A DNA stretch of 64,000 nucleotides from Candidatus Pyrohabitans jungbluthii (GCA_002010065.2 MTMD02000007.1:1-64000), one strand, 5' to 3'. Shown: positions 45,625 through 55,945, numbered from the stretch's first letter. The notes: generated from the sequence alone by a model not told the origin. Numbers and translations are program-made.

Positions 45625-45835
45625 TAGGGGCGCGTCCCTTTTATGAGGGGGTTTATAAGGTGGTTTATACAAGGTGAATAACCCAAACTCTGGTGGTAGG
45701 GGAAAGTACTCCACCCGAAGCAAGGGAGCCGGAGTACCCCATTTCATCCTTTATTTTTACGCTGGGTTTATGGTCTGTGTTCGGGTGGCTCATGGGGTAT
45801 GTAGCGAGCATTGCCCTCAAAGGTGATAGCTATGA

Positions 45836-46030
45836 GTGAGATTTTTGACCTTTCCTAGGTGGATTCGCCCTGCCCAAGAGGATGAGCCGGAGATTACAGC
45901 TATAGCTGAGTTCACAAAGGATTTAAAGAGCATTCAGGGCAAAGTCACAGCCTACATCTGCAAGGACTACGCCTGTAGCGAGCCCACCACTAGTGTAGAG
46001 GAGATGTTGGAGAGGCTGAGGCGTGGGTGA
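45836..46030 (+). pseudogene. C-terminal remnant of a YyaL/SSP411-like thioredoxin-domain protein
   Basis: GKVTAYICKDYACSEPTTSVEEM matches the typical C-terminus of this large protein family; the rest is absent. Confidence 0.6.
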
Positions 46031-46048
46031 AATACGTTTATGTAGTGT

Positions 46049-46288
46049 TTACTTTCTCTTTTTCAGCAGCCTCTTAAATTCCTCAACAGTTAAATCGGCA
46101 TCTCTGATAATACTTTTAACCAACTTTGGGTGGAGAATTTTTCCGGAATGGTATGGTACTGTAATTCGCACACCTTTATCATTCTTGTAAATCTTATGAC
46201 TCCCACTCTGCCTCACAAGGTAAAAACCTACCTTTTCGATTACCTTTATAACGTCTCTGGCGGTCACCCTCGGAAGCTTTTCACTCAT
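46049..46288 (-). CDS. hicA: HicA-family toxin
   Basis: GFYLVRQSGSHKIY...ITVPYH. Confidence 0.92.
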   Translation of the reverse strand: MSEKLPRVTARDVIKVIEKVGFYLVRQSGSHKIYKNDKGVRITVPYHSGKILHPKLVKSIIRDADLTVEEFKRLLKKRK

Positions 46289-46509
46289 ACTGTAACTTCC
46301 ACCGCTGCCAGGTTTATCATCTCAACTCTGGGTATCTCCTCCCCCTCTTCCAGCCTATCTTTAATATGAAGCTTTATTGCATCTTTAATGTTCTCCAAAA
46401 CCTCCTCATAGGTATCCCCCTGTGTATAACACCCCTGCAACTCAGGACAATAAGCAAAGTAACCATTTTCGTCCTTCTCTATCACTACAGACACTCTATA
46501 GACAGTCAT
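46285..46509 (-). CDS. hicB: HicB-family antitoxin (no DNA-binding domain)
   Basis: YFAYCPELQGCYTQGDTYEEVLENIKDAI. Confidence 0.92.
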   Translation of the reverse strand: MTVYRVSVVIEKDENGYFAYCPELQGCYTQGDTYEEVLENIKDAIKLHIKDRLEEGEEIPRVEMINLAAVEVTV

Positions 46510-46640
46510 CCTTATTCCACCTCATTAATATCCGTCAAGCTAACATGATAAGGGTTTGGTCAGCTTCTTAGGAGAGCTTCCAAACATCAGTAACAAAACC
46601 TTTTTATCCTCTCGCCTCGAAGCTACCTGCGGTGATAGTT

Positions 46641-47906
46641 ATGGAAGGCTCACGCATTCCTGGCTTCTACAAGCTTCCGCCACAGCAGAGGCTGGAGAAG
46701 GTCAAGAGTTTCGCCTCCCTGGGCGAGGAGGAGGTTGAGGCTATCGCAAGGCACGGCTCGCTTACCATTGAACAGGCAGACCGCATGATTGAGAACGTCA
46801 TAGGCACCTTTGAGCTTCCCCTTGGCATAGCTACCAACTTTCTGATAGACGGAAAGGACTACCTCATACCCATGGCTATAGAGGAGCCCAGCGTGGTAGC
46901 TGCGGCAAGCAACGCCGCAAAAATGGCGCGCCCCGGCGGAGGCTTTGTAACCAATGCCACGCCGCCAATAATGATAGGGCAGGTGCAGCTTTGCGGTGTA
47001 GATGACCCCTATGCCGCGAGGATGGAAATCCTCACCATTAAGGATGAGATAATAGCAAAGGCAAATGAGCAGGATCCAATACTGGTAAAGCTGGGCGGTG
47101 GATGCAAGGACATCGAAGTTAGAGTGGTTGAGTCTAAGCAGGGGCCGATGGTTGTAACCCATCTCCTAGTGGACTGCCGCGATGCAATGGGGGCAAACGC
47201 GGTGAACACCATGGCAGAAGCGGTGGCTCCGCTGATAGAGCGCGCCACCGGGGGCAAGGTTTACCTGCGCATAATCTCCAACCTGGCGACTTTCCGCCTG
47301 GCTCGTGCAAAGGCGGTTTTCAAGGCAGAGGCGATAGGCGGCGAAGAGGTGGTAGAAGGCGTGCTCAATGCCTACGCCTTCGCGGAGGCGGACCCCTTCC
47401 GCTGTGCCACCCACAATAAGGGGATAATGAACGGGGTTACCGCCGTGGTGCTCGCCACGGGCAATGATACTCGCGCTGTAGAAGCTGGGGCGCATGCGTA
47501 CGCTGCGCTTAGAGGCTACAAGCCCCTGACCACCTACGAGAAGAACCGCGATGGCGACCTGGTGGCGACGATTGAGCTCCCTGTGGCGGTGGGTTTGGTT
47601 GGCGGTGCTACAGCTTCGCATCCCGTTGCAAAGGCGTGCATTAAAATTCTCGGAGTTAAGAGTGCTGAAGAGCTTGCCCGTGTAATCGCCGCGGTTGGGC
47701 TGGCGCAGAACTTCGCTGCTCTGCGCGCTCTGGCAACGGAAGGGATACAGCGGGGGCACATGGAGCTTCATGCTCGCAATATTGCGGCAATGGCAGGCGC
47801 TAAAGGCGAGGAGATAGACGCCGTAGCCGAGGTGCTCGTGAGGGAGCGCAAGATACGCGTTGACCGCGCAAAGGAGGTGCTGGAGGAGATAAGGAAGAAG
47901 GGATAA
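46641..47906 (+). CDS. mvaA: Class II HMG-CoA reductase
   Basis: [38 protein letters not shown]. Confidence 0.94.
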   Translation: MEGSRIPGFYKLPPQQRLEKVKSFASLGEEEVEAIARHGSLTIEQADRMIENVIGTFELPLGIATNFLIDGKDYLIPMAIEEPSVVAAASNAAKMARPGGGFVTNATPPIMIGQVQLCGVDDPYAARMEILTIKDEIIAKANEQDPILVKLGGGCKDIEVRVVESKQGPMVVTHLLVDCRDAMGANAVNTMAEAVAPLIERATGGKVYLRIISNLATFRLARAKAVFKAEAIGGEEVVEGVLNAYAFAEADPFRCATHNKGIMNGVTAVVLATGNDTRAVEAGAHAYAALRGYKPLTTYEKNRDGDLVATIELPVAVGLVGGATASHPVAKACIKILGVKSAEELARVIAAVGLAQNFAALRALATEGIQRGHMELHARNIAAMAGAKGEEIDAVAEVLVRERKIRVDRAKEVLEEIRKKG

Positions 47907-47909
47907 CAT

Positions 47910-48063
47910 CCCCTCGTTCCACCTCGCATAGCGAGGGTAACAGTGGAAGGGTCCCTATATTAGAATCTATAGTTGCAGGAGGTCTCGCAACTCTCGCAGA
48001 GAGTTGCTTCGGTCTCCCTCGCGAATGCTCAGGAAACAATAGGAACCCGCTGGTGGTTCCTAT
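47910..48063 (+). other. Intergenic cluster of three stem-loops
   Basis: TTCCAC-CTCGC-ATA-GCGAG..GTGGAA; GCAACTCTC-GCA-GAGAGTTGC; ATAGGAACC-N7-GGTTCCTAT. Confidence 0.5.
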
Positions 48064-48090
48064 ATGTAAAACCCCTTTTACTCGTTAGTT

Positions 48091-48630
48091 ATGGCTCAGA
48101 AAACCATGAACCTTGAAATTCTTCAGCAGAAGTGGCTTGCGACAATGGACATGCTGGTTGAGCTTAACCGCGAGAAATTCCGCTCACCGAAAGCGAGTGA
48201 GCTTTTGAGGCATGCAAGAAGCATGATAAACGAAGCCTCGCTGAATCGCGCAGCTGACGAGAGTTTTCTGGTAAAGGTGGAGCGTTTGCTGGAAGAAGCG
48301 CAGCGTGAAATCTTTGTTGCCGCGCAACCTCTGGGCGATGAGTTTCTACTGCGCTGGAGCAGCACTTTTGACCGCATCGACGCTGGGGAGCGCTACGGGG
48401 AGTACAGTTTTGGCGTTACTCGCTTTTATCCACATCTGCCCAGGGCGAGGAAGTGGGTGAGGATTAAGCAGCCTTCTAACCTAACCCCGCGGAGGCTTCT
48501 GGAAATTTCCCACAGCTGCGATGTGAAGATAAAGCGTCACGGGAAGGATCACCTTGTAATAGTGGGTGAAGGCGAAGCGCTCAAGCGCGCCCTCGCTGAA
48601 GTTGCACCCTACATCAAGGGCGAGAAGTAG
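48091..48630 (+). CDS. DUF2096-like archaeal protein
   Basis: QQKWL...LLRHARSMIN...WVRIK...LVIVGE..ALKRAL pattern. Confidence 0.6.
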   Translation: MAQKTMNLEILQQKWLATMDMLVELNREKFRSPKASELLRHARSMINEASLNRAADESFLVKVERLLEEAQREIFVAAQPLGDEFLLRWSSTFDRIDAGERYGEYSFGVTRFYPHLPRARKWVRIKQPSNLTPRRLLEISHSCDVKIKRHGKDHLVIVGEGEALKRALAEVAPYIKGEK

Positions 48631-48631
48631 A

Positions 48632-49477
48632 ATGATAATCGACGCTCACACTCACTTCTCAACCGCAAAAGAGCTAAGCGCTCTTGAGAGGGAAGCGGCG
48701 AGGGAGTATCTCTTAGCCACTGGCATAGAGGTTTCCCGCTACGGCAGTGTGGAGGAGCTTCTTGAGGCGATGAAAAAGCACGGCATAGCCAAGGCTGTGC
48801 TAATGCCACTGGCAACCTCAACTTCGCTGCGTGAGGCAGAGAAGCTAAACAACTTCGTAGCCAAGGTGGCGAGGGAAAGCGAGGCTATAATCCCCTTTGC
48901 ATCCGTGAATCCAAATTGCGAGGATGCAGTGGAAGAGCTAGACCGCGCCGTGGCTGAGCTTCGCTTACGAGGGGTGAAGCTTAATCCAAACCTGCAGGGC
49001 TTTACCTTTGACCAAGATGAGGTTTGGACGCTTTTCGAAGCTATAGAACAGCTTCGCGTCCCTGCGTTTATCCACTCTGGCTTCACCGTTGGCATGGGGA
49101 AGAACAACTTTTCGCCGGAAGAAGCGAACGAGCTCATCGCAAGCTTCCCCCGCGTAACCTTCATCTTTGCCCACATGGCGAGACATAAAAGCAGGGAGGA
49201 CGCGCCCAGCGTCATACCTGAGCCCAACGTTTACTTGGAGACCTCTCACGCCCCAGCGGAGGTTATCCTCAAGGCGATAGAAACCTTCGGCGTGGATAAG
49301 CTCCTCTTCGGTTCAGACTTCAAGTACAACTTCTACCCCAGCTATGAGATTGAGAAAATCGCCTCTCTGCTCATTAGCGAGGAGGAAAAGAGGAGCATAT
49401 TCTACGCCAACGCAGCTAGGCTCTTCGGAGTGGAGAAAAAGAATGGCTTGCTCTCGTCTCTGCTGAAAAGGCGTTAG
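48632..49477 (+). CDS. Amidohydrolase (TIM-barrel, Amidohydro_2)
   Basis: IIDAHTH, GVKL, FIHSG, AHM, VYLETS, LFGSDF. Confidence 0.9.
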   Translation: MIIDAHTHFSTAKELSALEREAAREYLLATGIEVSRYGSVEELLEAMKKHGIAKAVLMPLATSTSLREAEKLNNFVAKVARESEAIIPFASVNPNCEDAVEELDRAVAELRLRGVKLNPNLQGFTFDQDEVWTLFEAIEQLRVPAFIHSGFTVGMGKNNFSPEEANELIASFPRVTFIFAHMARHKSREDAPSVIPEPNVYLETSHAPAEVILKAIETFGVDKLLFGSDFKYNFYPSYEIEKIASLLISEEEKRSIFYANAARLFGVEKKNGLLSSLLKRR

Positions 49478-50499
49478 TACTTTCTCCTTATTAGGAACTC
49501 TGCCAGCACCTCTATCTTTTCTATAGCTTCGTTTTTTATCCCAGTGGCGCGAAGCTCCTTCAAAGCTTCGCTCTCGTACTTCTCTGCCATCTCTGTGGTG
49601 TACTCTCTCGCACCTGTGCTTTCAAGAATCTCGAGCACCCTAGCTACGTCCTCCTGATTGAGCTTCTCCTTGGCGTAGGTCTCGGTAAGAATCTCCTTCT
49701 CTTCCCGCGATGCCCTCTCAAAAGCGTAGATCACAGGTAGGGTCTTCTTCTTGTTGCGGATGTCGCTCGCCTTGGGCTTGCCAGTCTTCTCCTCCCATAT
49801 GCCTATGATGTCGTCTATTATCTGGAAGGCTATGCCTATCTTCCGTCCAAAGTTTTTGAAATGCTGTATAACCTCCTCATCTCGCGTTGCGAGCATAGCC
49901 CCTATGTGGGTGCTCGCTTCAATAAGCGCGGCTGTCTTTCGGGATATCATGTCCAGGTAGCTCTCCACGTCTATGTCCATGCGCTCCTCAAAGCTCATGT
50001 CCAAGTACTGCCCCTCGCACAGCTCCATTATTGTTCTATTCAGTATGGCGAGCACATCCACTATCTTTTCATCCGTAACATTGTAATCGCGCAGGCGAAG
50101 CGCGGCTAAGTTGGCAAGAACGTGCATCCCATCGCCCGCGTTTATCGCATGGGGTATGCCGAAGAGCTTCCATAGCGTGGGCCGATGCCTGCGCTCCTCG
50201 TCCATGTCCTCAATGTCGTCGTGGATGAGGGAGAAGTTGTGTATCAGCTCAATCGCCGCCGCCGCAGGCAGCGCCTTGGTATAAACCCCTGCCAGAGCCT
50301 TATATGTGAGCAGGCACAGCGTTGGCCTGAAGCGCTTCCCGCGGTACTGCTTCGCAGGTTTCAGCGACTCGTCCAGCCAGCCCAGGTGGTATTCCATCAT
50401 CTCGTAAAGCCTGCGAGGCTCGCTGCGCTGGAGAAAAACCGCCCTTATCTCATTGTCAATCATCTCAATGTGCTCGGCAAGAATATCTTCTGCGCGCAT
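49474..50499 (-). CDS. idsA: Geranylgeranyl diphosphate / polyprenyl synthase
   Basis: GKRFRP, SLIHDDIED, GQYLD, KTA, FQIIDD. Confidence 0.92.
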   Translation of the reverse strand: MRAEDILAEHIEMIDNEIRAVFLQRSEPRRLYEMMEYHLGWLDESLKPAKQYRGKRFRPTLCLLTYKALAGVYTKALPAAAAIELIHNFSLIHDDIEDMDEERRHRPTLWKLFGIPHAINAGDGMHVLANLAALRLRDYNVTDEKIVDVLAILNRTIMELCEGQYLDMSFEERMDIDVESYLDMISRKTAALIEASTHIGAMLATRDEEVIQHFKNFGRKIGIAFQIIDDIIGIWEEKTGKPKASDIRNKKKTLPVIYAFERASREEKEILTETYAKEKLNQEDVARVLEILESTGAREYTTEMAEKYESEALKELRATGIKNEAIEKIEVLAEFLIRRKY

Positions 50500-50574
50500 T
50501 GCCACACCTTCAAAAGCTTGCTTAGCTTTGGTCTTGGAGAATAAAAATGTTTCTATATAGGGGCGCCGCACCCG

Positions 50575-50670
50575 CCCCTATCACCCCATCCTCACCAAAT
50601 AGGACACCTTCCCCGCTTCGTCACCCGGAACAGAACGTTCCGGGCAACCCCTATTACCCCACTCTCACCA
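50575..50670. repeat. Two 23-bp imperfect direct repeats within a hairpin-rich spacer
   Basis: CCCCTATCACCCCATCCTCACCA (50575-50597) and CCCCTATTACCCCACTCTCACCA (50648-50670), 20/23 identical. Confidence 0.75.
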
Positions 50671-50810
50671 TAGCAAGAGCAACTCAGCTAACTGATTTCA
50701 CTTTTCCGGTGCTCTCGGAAAAGGGAGATAAGGGTAGGAGGAAGAGGTAATACCACCCTTACCCCCCAGGTGAAAACCTTTATACCCGCTGAAAGGGAAA
50801 ATAAAAGGAG

Positions 50811-51944
50811 ATGTGCCCGAGAAGCTTTAAGGACCTGCTCTCCGCTGAGGAAAGCCTCTTCCGCAGTCCGGAGGTATTCGACCCGGATTACGTGCCGGAG
50901 GAGTACCTCCACCGTGGGGAGCAGATGCAGAGCATAGCTCAGTGCATAAAGCCAGCGCTACGTGGAGAGCGCCCTCTCAATGCGCTGATTTACGGCCCGC
51001 CTGCGACGGGCAAAACCACTGCGATGCGCAAGCTCTTTGAAGAGCTTGAGGACATACCCGAAGCAACGCGAATCGCAAGGGTGCATATAAACTGCCAGAT
51101 AAACGCGACGAAGTTTGGCATCTTTTCTCTAATCCACAAAGCGGTGGTGGGACATCTCCCCCCCGAGACAGGGGTGCCCTTCTCAAGGGTTTACGAAGCT
51201 ATTTTTAGAAAATTGCGCCGTGAGAATAAGGTTCTGCTTGTGGTGCTGGACGACATGGACCACTTATTCTACGACCGCTACGCAAACGAGATACTCTACG
51301 ACATACTGCGCGCCCATGAAGTTTTTCCGGGAGCTAAGACTGGGATATTCAGCATCGTTAGCAGCACCGAGTTTCTTTACAAGCTCGACGACCGCGTGCG
51401 CTCAATGTTCCGCCCGCAGGAGATATACTTCCCGCCCTACAGCGCAGGCGAGATGTATGACATACTTAAGCGCAGAGCTGAGCTGGGCTTCTTCGCAGGG
51501 GTTATAAGCGACGAGCTCGTGGAGAAAATTGCAACCTATGCGTATGAGCACGGGGATTTGAGGCTCGGTATAGAGCTTCTCAGAGTGAGTGCCCATATAG
51601 CAGAGTACCACGCCTCGCGGAAGATTACAGAAGAGCATGTTGAGGAGGCGTATGCAAAGTCTCGCGTAGCCACGCTTCGCTCTCTGGTGGAGCCCCTCTC
51701 GAAGGAGGATAAGCTGCTTTTGAAGCTTCTGTGCGAGGCGGAGCAGGGTATAACCTCCGGCAAGTTGTACGAGCGCTTTTCCAAAGCTTCCGGGCTGAGC
51801 TACACCAAGTTCTACCGCATTCTCACGAAGCTGGAGGAGCTTCGCCTGGTAGACACAAAGGTTGCGAGCGGTGATAAGCGCGGGCGAAGCAGGGAGATAT
51901 TCCTGCGCCATCCACGGGAGGAGCTTTTGAAGGTGCTCCCATGA
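50811..51944 (+). CDS. cdc6: Cdc6/Orc1 replication initiation protein
   Basis: [36 protein letters not shown]-terminal wHTH. Confidence 0.94.
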   Translation: MCPRSFKDLLSAEESLFRSPEVFDPDYVPEEYLHRGEQMQSIAQCIKPALRGERPLNALIYGPPATGKTTAMRKLFEELEDIPEATRIARVHINCQINATKFGIFSLIHKAVVGHLPPETGVPFSRVYEAIFRKLRRENKVLLVVLDDMDHLFYDRYANEILYDILRAHEVFPGAKTGIFSIVSSTEFLYKLDDRVRSMFRPQEIYFPPYSAGEMYDILKRRAELGFFAGVISDELVEKIATYAYEHGDLRLGIELLRVSAHIAEYHASRKITEEHVEEAYAKSRVATLRSLVEPLSKEDKLLLKLLCEAEQGITSGKLYERFSKASGLSYTKFYRILTKLEELRLVDTKVASGDKRGRSREIFLRHPREELLKVLP

Positions 51945-52474
51945 GGGTAGTGGTTCTGCGCCTGGGACACAGGCAGGAACGCGATAAGCGCGTGACCACC
52001 CACGTGGGCTTAGTGGCGAGAGCCTTTGGGGCGGACGGGATGATACTCACCACACAGGATGAGAAGGTGGTGGAGAGTATATGCAAGGTTGTGGAGAACT
52101 GGGGGGGCGATTTCTTCGTTGAGGTAGAGCAAGAATGGCGCAGGTTCATCAAAGAATGGAAGGGCATAACGGTGCACCTCACCATGTACGGTGAGCACGT
52201 CGATGACAGAATCGCTGAGATTCGCTCATCGGGTAAGGACGTTCTCGTGGTGGTGGGCGCTGAAAAGGTGCCGGCAGAGGTCTTCAAGCTGGTGGACTAC
52301 AACATAGCTATAGGGCACCAGCCCCACAGCGAGGTGGCAGCGCTTGCGGTATTCCTCGACAGGTACTTCTCTGGCAGAGAGCTTCACAGGGAGTTTCAAG
52401 GTAAGCTGAAGGTGGTGCCCTCACGGCGAGGGAAGCGCGTTGTCGAGCAGGTTTCCGGTTCTGCGGAGCAATAG
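51941..52474 (+). CDS. trm56: tRNA (cytidine56-2'-O)-methyltransferase
   Basis: [37 protein letters not shown]. Confidence 0.96.
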   Translation: MRVVVLRLGHRQERDKRVTTHVGLVARAFGADGMILTTQDEKVVESICKVVENWGGDFFVEVEQEWRRFIKEWKGITVHLTMYGEHVDDRIAEIRSSGKDVLVVVGAEKVPAEVFKLVDYNIAIGHQPHSEVAALAVFLDRYFSGRELHREFQGKLKVVPSRRGKRVVEQVSGSAEQ

Positions 52475-53618
52475 GGAAACGAAGGGTGAGCGCCTTCTTA
52501 TCGTGGGAGTGCACACCCGCCCTGCGGTAGCCTCGGCGAAGCGCTCAGGCTACGGCGTCGCAAGCGCAGATTATTTTGGCGATATTGATTTAAAGAGGCT
52601 GGCGGATGAGTCTCGCTCCATAGTTAAGCAGAAGCCCTACTGCTCCAACGGCAGGCTGGCTGAGAACTACTCCGACGAGAAGCTTCTTGCCCTTGCGCAA
52701 CGCTTGGAAGGCGACAGGATAATTCTGACCTCCACGCTACCTTTGCGAAGCAGAAAGATCGCCGGAATCTCTGGCGTAAGGGCAAAGAAGCTTAAAGACA
52801 AGGCGTACCAGCTTAAAAAGGTGAAAAAGCTCAACATAGCACTGCCAGAGACGAGGGTGGTTGAGAGCAGGGAAGAGGCGGTGCAGGCGGCGGAAGAGAT
52901 TGGTTTTCCCGTGGTGGTTAAACCAGCGCTCGGCGCAGGAGGCGAGGGGGTTGTGCTGGCGCGTTCTCCGCGTGAGATTCCAGAAATTTACGAGCGCTTC
53001 CTGGTGCAGGAGTACATTCAAGGCAGGGCGATAAGCGTCTCAACCCTTTCTTACCGCAATGAAAGCGTGGCTATCTCCACCAGCGTTCAGATTCTTGGCT
53101 CCAGACTAGCGAAAGCCAGAGGTTTCAGATACTGCGGAAGCCTTGCGCCTTACTCAAGCGATGATCGCCTCTTAAGCATTGCCGAGGAGATTTCCTGCCT
53201 CTTTAACCTTCGTGGCTGGAACGGTATAGACTTTGTGGAGGCAAAGGGTGAGTACTACTTCATTGAACTCAACCCGCGCTTTCAAGGCACTCTCGACGTT
53301 GTGGAGCGTGCATATGGATTGGCCATAGTGGAGGCCCACCTTGCAGCTTGCGATGGCGAGCTACCCGGGCAGCGTCCTGAGGCGAATAGCTTTGCCGCGA
53401 GGCTAACGCTTTTCGCTAGCGAGAAGTGCATAGTGAGGGGCAACCTTCTGAAGCTGTGCAGCGACGTGCCCGCGAGAAATGCGATAATCGAGGCGGGCGA
53501 GCCTGTAACCACGGTGCTGAGCTCTGGCAAAAGCAGGAGCGAGGCGCTGCAGAGGGTTAAGAAGAAGGCGAGGCAGGTGTACTCCCGCTACCTCTTTAGC
53601 GTGCCCGAAGCTTTTTAA
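52440..53618 (+). CDS. ATP-grasp protein (COG2232-like); start uncertain
   Basis: [41 protein letters not shown]. Confidence 0.8.
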   Translation: MSSRFPVLRSNRETKGERLLIVGVHTRPAVASAKRSGYGVASADYFGDIDLKRLADESRSIVKQKPYCSNGRLAENYSDEKLLALAQRLEGDRIILTSTLPLRSRKIAGISGVRAKKLKDKAYQLKKVKKLNIALPETRVVESREEAVQAAEEIGFPVVVKPALGAGGEGVVLARSPREIPEIYERFLVQEYIQGRAISVSTLSYRNESVAISTSVQILGSRLAKARGFRYCGSLAPYSSDDRLLSIAEEISCLFNLRGWNGIDFVEAKGEYYFIELNPRFQGTLDVVERAYGLAIVEAHLAACDGELPGQRPEANSFAARLTLFASEKCIVRGNLLKLCSDVPARNAIIEAGEPVTTVLSSGKSRSEALQRVKKKARQVYSRYLFSVPEAF

Positions 53619-53636
53619 ACCACTGCCGCAAAAGCT

Positions 53637-54710
53637 ATGCGTAGAATGAGCGACCTGGCGGAGATGAGGAAGGAGATAGACGAAATAGACGCCCAGCTTC
53701 TAGAGTTACTCAGGCGCAGGATTCGGGTTGCAGAGCAGGTTGGCAAGTACAAGCTCGCCAAGGGGATGCGCATCGAAGACCCGGAGCGGGAGAAGCAGGT
53801 GCTCTCGCGAGCACTTGCAAACGCCGGTGAGCTTAGCCGCGAGTTTGTGCGCGACATCTTTGAGCGGATTATCCTGGAGAGCAAGCGTGCCCAGCGGCAG
53901 GGCAAAATAGCCATACTCGGACCGAGAGGTACATTCTCCGAGGAAGCGGCGCTCAGGTTCATGAAGTCCCCGCATTTAGTGCTCGCCCGCGACATCGAGG
54001 AGATATTCGATCTTGTTGAAAGGGGAGAGGTGGAGTTTGGTGTCTTACCTGTGGAGAACTCCCTCGAGGGCAGCGTCGCCCTCGCCATGGAACTGCTCGT
54101 CAAGAGGAATGCTAAGGTTTATGCGGAGGTGATTCTGGACATAAACCACCACCTGCTCGCGTTGCCGGGGGTTAAACTGGGTGAGATACGCAAGATAATC
54201 TCCCATCCTCAGGCACTGGCGCAGTGCAAAGGCTTCATCTCGAGCTTAGCGGTGGCTACAGCCAACTATCCGAGCACTGCCGACGCTGCACGGGAAATTA
54301 AAGAGAAGCAGCTTCGCGACGTGGCTGCTATCGCTCCGCTGGCAGCGGCAAAGCTCTACGGCTTAGAGGTGCTCAAGGAGAAGATTCAGGATATAGACCA
54401 CAACCAGACGCGCTTCTTCATCCTTGCCAAGAAGGACCACGCGCCCACGGGCAGGGACAAAACCTCTATTATCCTCAGCCTTAAGGACAAGCCGGGCGCC
54501 CTGTATGAGATACTTGAGGCCTTTGCCAAGGCGAAGGTGAACCTCACAAAGATAGAGTCTCGCCCCTCTCGTCGCGCTCTTGGCGATTATATATTCTTTA
54601 TAGACTTTGAAGGGCATCGCAGCGAGGAGAGAATAAAACGTGTGCTTGAGGAGATAGAGAAACGGGCGTCCTTCCTGAAGATACTGGGGAGTTATCCTTC
54701 GGGAGGTTAG
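53637..54710 (+). CDS. pheA: Chorismate mutase / prephenate dehydratase
   Basis: RKEIDEID, LGPRGTFSE, PVENS, SHPQALAQC, NQTRF, LTKIESRP. Confidence 0.95.
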   Translation: MRRMSDLAEMRKEIDEIDAQLLELLRRRIRVAEQVGKYKLAKGMRIEDPEREKQVLSRALANAGELSREFVRDIFERIILESKRAQRQGKIAILGPRGTFSEEAALRFMKSPHLVLARDIEEIFDLVERGEVEFGVLPVENSLEGSVALAMELLVKRNAKVYAEVILDINHHLLALPGVKLGEIRKIISHPQALAQCKGFISSLAVATANYPSTADAAREIKEKQLRDVAAIAPLAAAKLYGLEVLKEKIQDIDHNQTRFFILAKKDHAPTGRDKTSIILSLKDKPGALYEILEAFAKAKVNLTKIESRPSRRALGDYIFFIDFEGHRSEERIKRVLEEIEKRASFLKILGSYPSGG

Positions 54711-54740
54711 GGATGCCGTGCGCTCGCCGTAGGTGAGGAG

Positions 54741-55700
54741 ATGAGCTTTCTGGGCATGGACCACGGCACGCGGGAGGTGCGCTTCTACATCCTTCCCGAG
54801 AATGTGGGCTTTTCTGTACCCCGCAGCAAAGCTGCGCGCGAGGGCGTGCTACGCGAGATTGAGCGCAGGGTTGAGCTGGCGAAGATAGAGCTTGCGGCGA
54901 TAACCTACTCCATGGGCGATGCGCTAACGGCGATCACCCGCATAGATAAGGTTGAGAACCGCGGAGTGCTCCCAGGAGGCGGCGCTGGCGAGCATGTTGG
55001 CGGGGGCACCCGCGCCTACGATGAGCTTGCGGCGAGCGGGATTAAGGCGGTGGTTATACCCGGGCTCCACCGCGGCTTAGCCAGCTTAGACGAGCGCATG
55101 CGCGCGCTTTACTCCCACATGGCGAGCGCGGAGAAGGTGAGCATAGCCTACGATGCCTATCTGAGGGTAAAGCGCGAGCTTGGCGCGGAGAACTTTATTG
55201 TGAGCGACATAAGCTCCAATACTGTGAGCGTGGCTGTGAAGTCTGGGAGGATAGTCGGTGCTATTGACGCCTGCCTAGGTGCGATAGGCATGTTCCACGG
55301 TCCCCTTGACTTAGAGGCGATCCGCCGCATTGATAAAGGTGAGGTTACCGCAGGCGAAGCCTTTTCCCGCGCGGGTGTTGTGAAGATATACCCCTTTTCA
55401 GATCTCAGGGAGATTCTTGAACCCAAAAACGAAAGAGCGAGGCTCGCCTTGAATGCTCTCGTGCTGAGCGTGGAGATGGAGATTCGCTCCCTCACGGCGC
55501 TGGTGGAGCCTCAGGCGATAGTAATAACCGGCGGTGCAGGTGTTCACGAGGCGGTGTTTTCGAGGCTCGCGGAGAGGCTGCGCAAACTCGCGCCGGTGCT
55601 GCGCATAGACGAGTATAGTGCAGCAAGGGGGAGTGCCGAGATTGCAAGGGCGGTTTACGAAGGCGAGAGGGAGATTCTGGGTATAGGGGTGGAGGTTTGA
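54741..55700 (+). CDS. Methanogenesis marker 12-like protein (ASKHA fold)
   Basis: GMDHGT, TYSMGD, GGGT, IPGLHR, YSHMASAEK, DISSNTV, HGPLDLE. Confidence 0.8.
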   Translation: MSFLGMDHGTREVRFYILPENVGFSVPRSKAAREGVLREIERRVELAKIELAAITYSMGDALTAITRIDKVENRGVLPGGGAGEHVGGGTRAYDELAASGIKAVVIPGLHRGLASLDERMRALYSHMASAEKVSIAYDAYLRVKRELGAENFIVSDISSNTVSVAVKSGRIVGAIDACLGAIGMFHGPLDLEAIRRIDKGEVTAGEAFSRAGVVKIYPFSDLREILEPKNERARLALNALVLSVEMEIRSLTALVEPQAIVITGGAGVHEAVFSRLAERLRKLAPVLRIDEYSAARGSAEIARAVYEGEREILGIGVEV

Positions 55701-55747
55701 GTAAGCAGCAGGTAGTTTTTTAAGCTTTGAATAGCATTTGCACTCTT

Positions 55748-55945
55748 GTGAGCAGATTCAGAATTTTCAAAACAGAAGAATTCGACAAGGACTATGCTAA
55801 ACTGGACAAATCAGAACAAAAACGCGTGGATAAGATTCTCAAGCAGTTGATGGAGAGGGGCGACGAAGTAGGTAAACCTTTAGCAGGACTCTCATTTTTC
55901 AGGGAAAAGAAGTTTAATGGTAAGCGCTTATATTACTTAGTATAC
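55748..55945 (+). pseudogene. 5' part of a RelE-like toxin, truncated
   Basis: SRFRIFKTEEFDKDYAKL...VGKPL...FREKKFNGKRLYYLVY, then reads into the antisense of another gene. Confidence 0.65.

Noticed and set aside
45697-45741. SECIS element or SRP RNA fragment
   Set aside because: Lacks the GAA/A loop and the SRP helix-8 motif; no in-frame UGA selenoprotein candidate seen nearby
50575-50670. Mini CRISPR array
   Set aside because: Only two imperfect 23-bp copies, no leader and no cas genes
50557-50810. Replication origin next to cdc6
   Set aside because: No canonical ORB (TCCAGTGGA core with G-string) and no AT-rich unwinding element; kept only as an unexplained structured region
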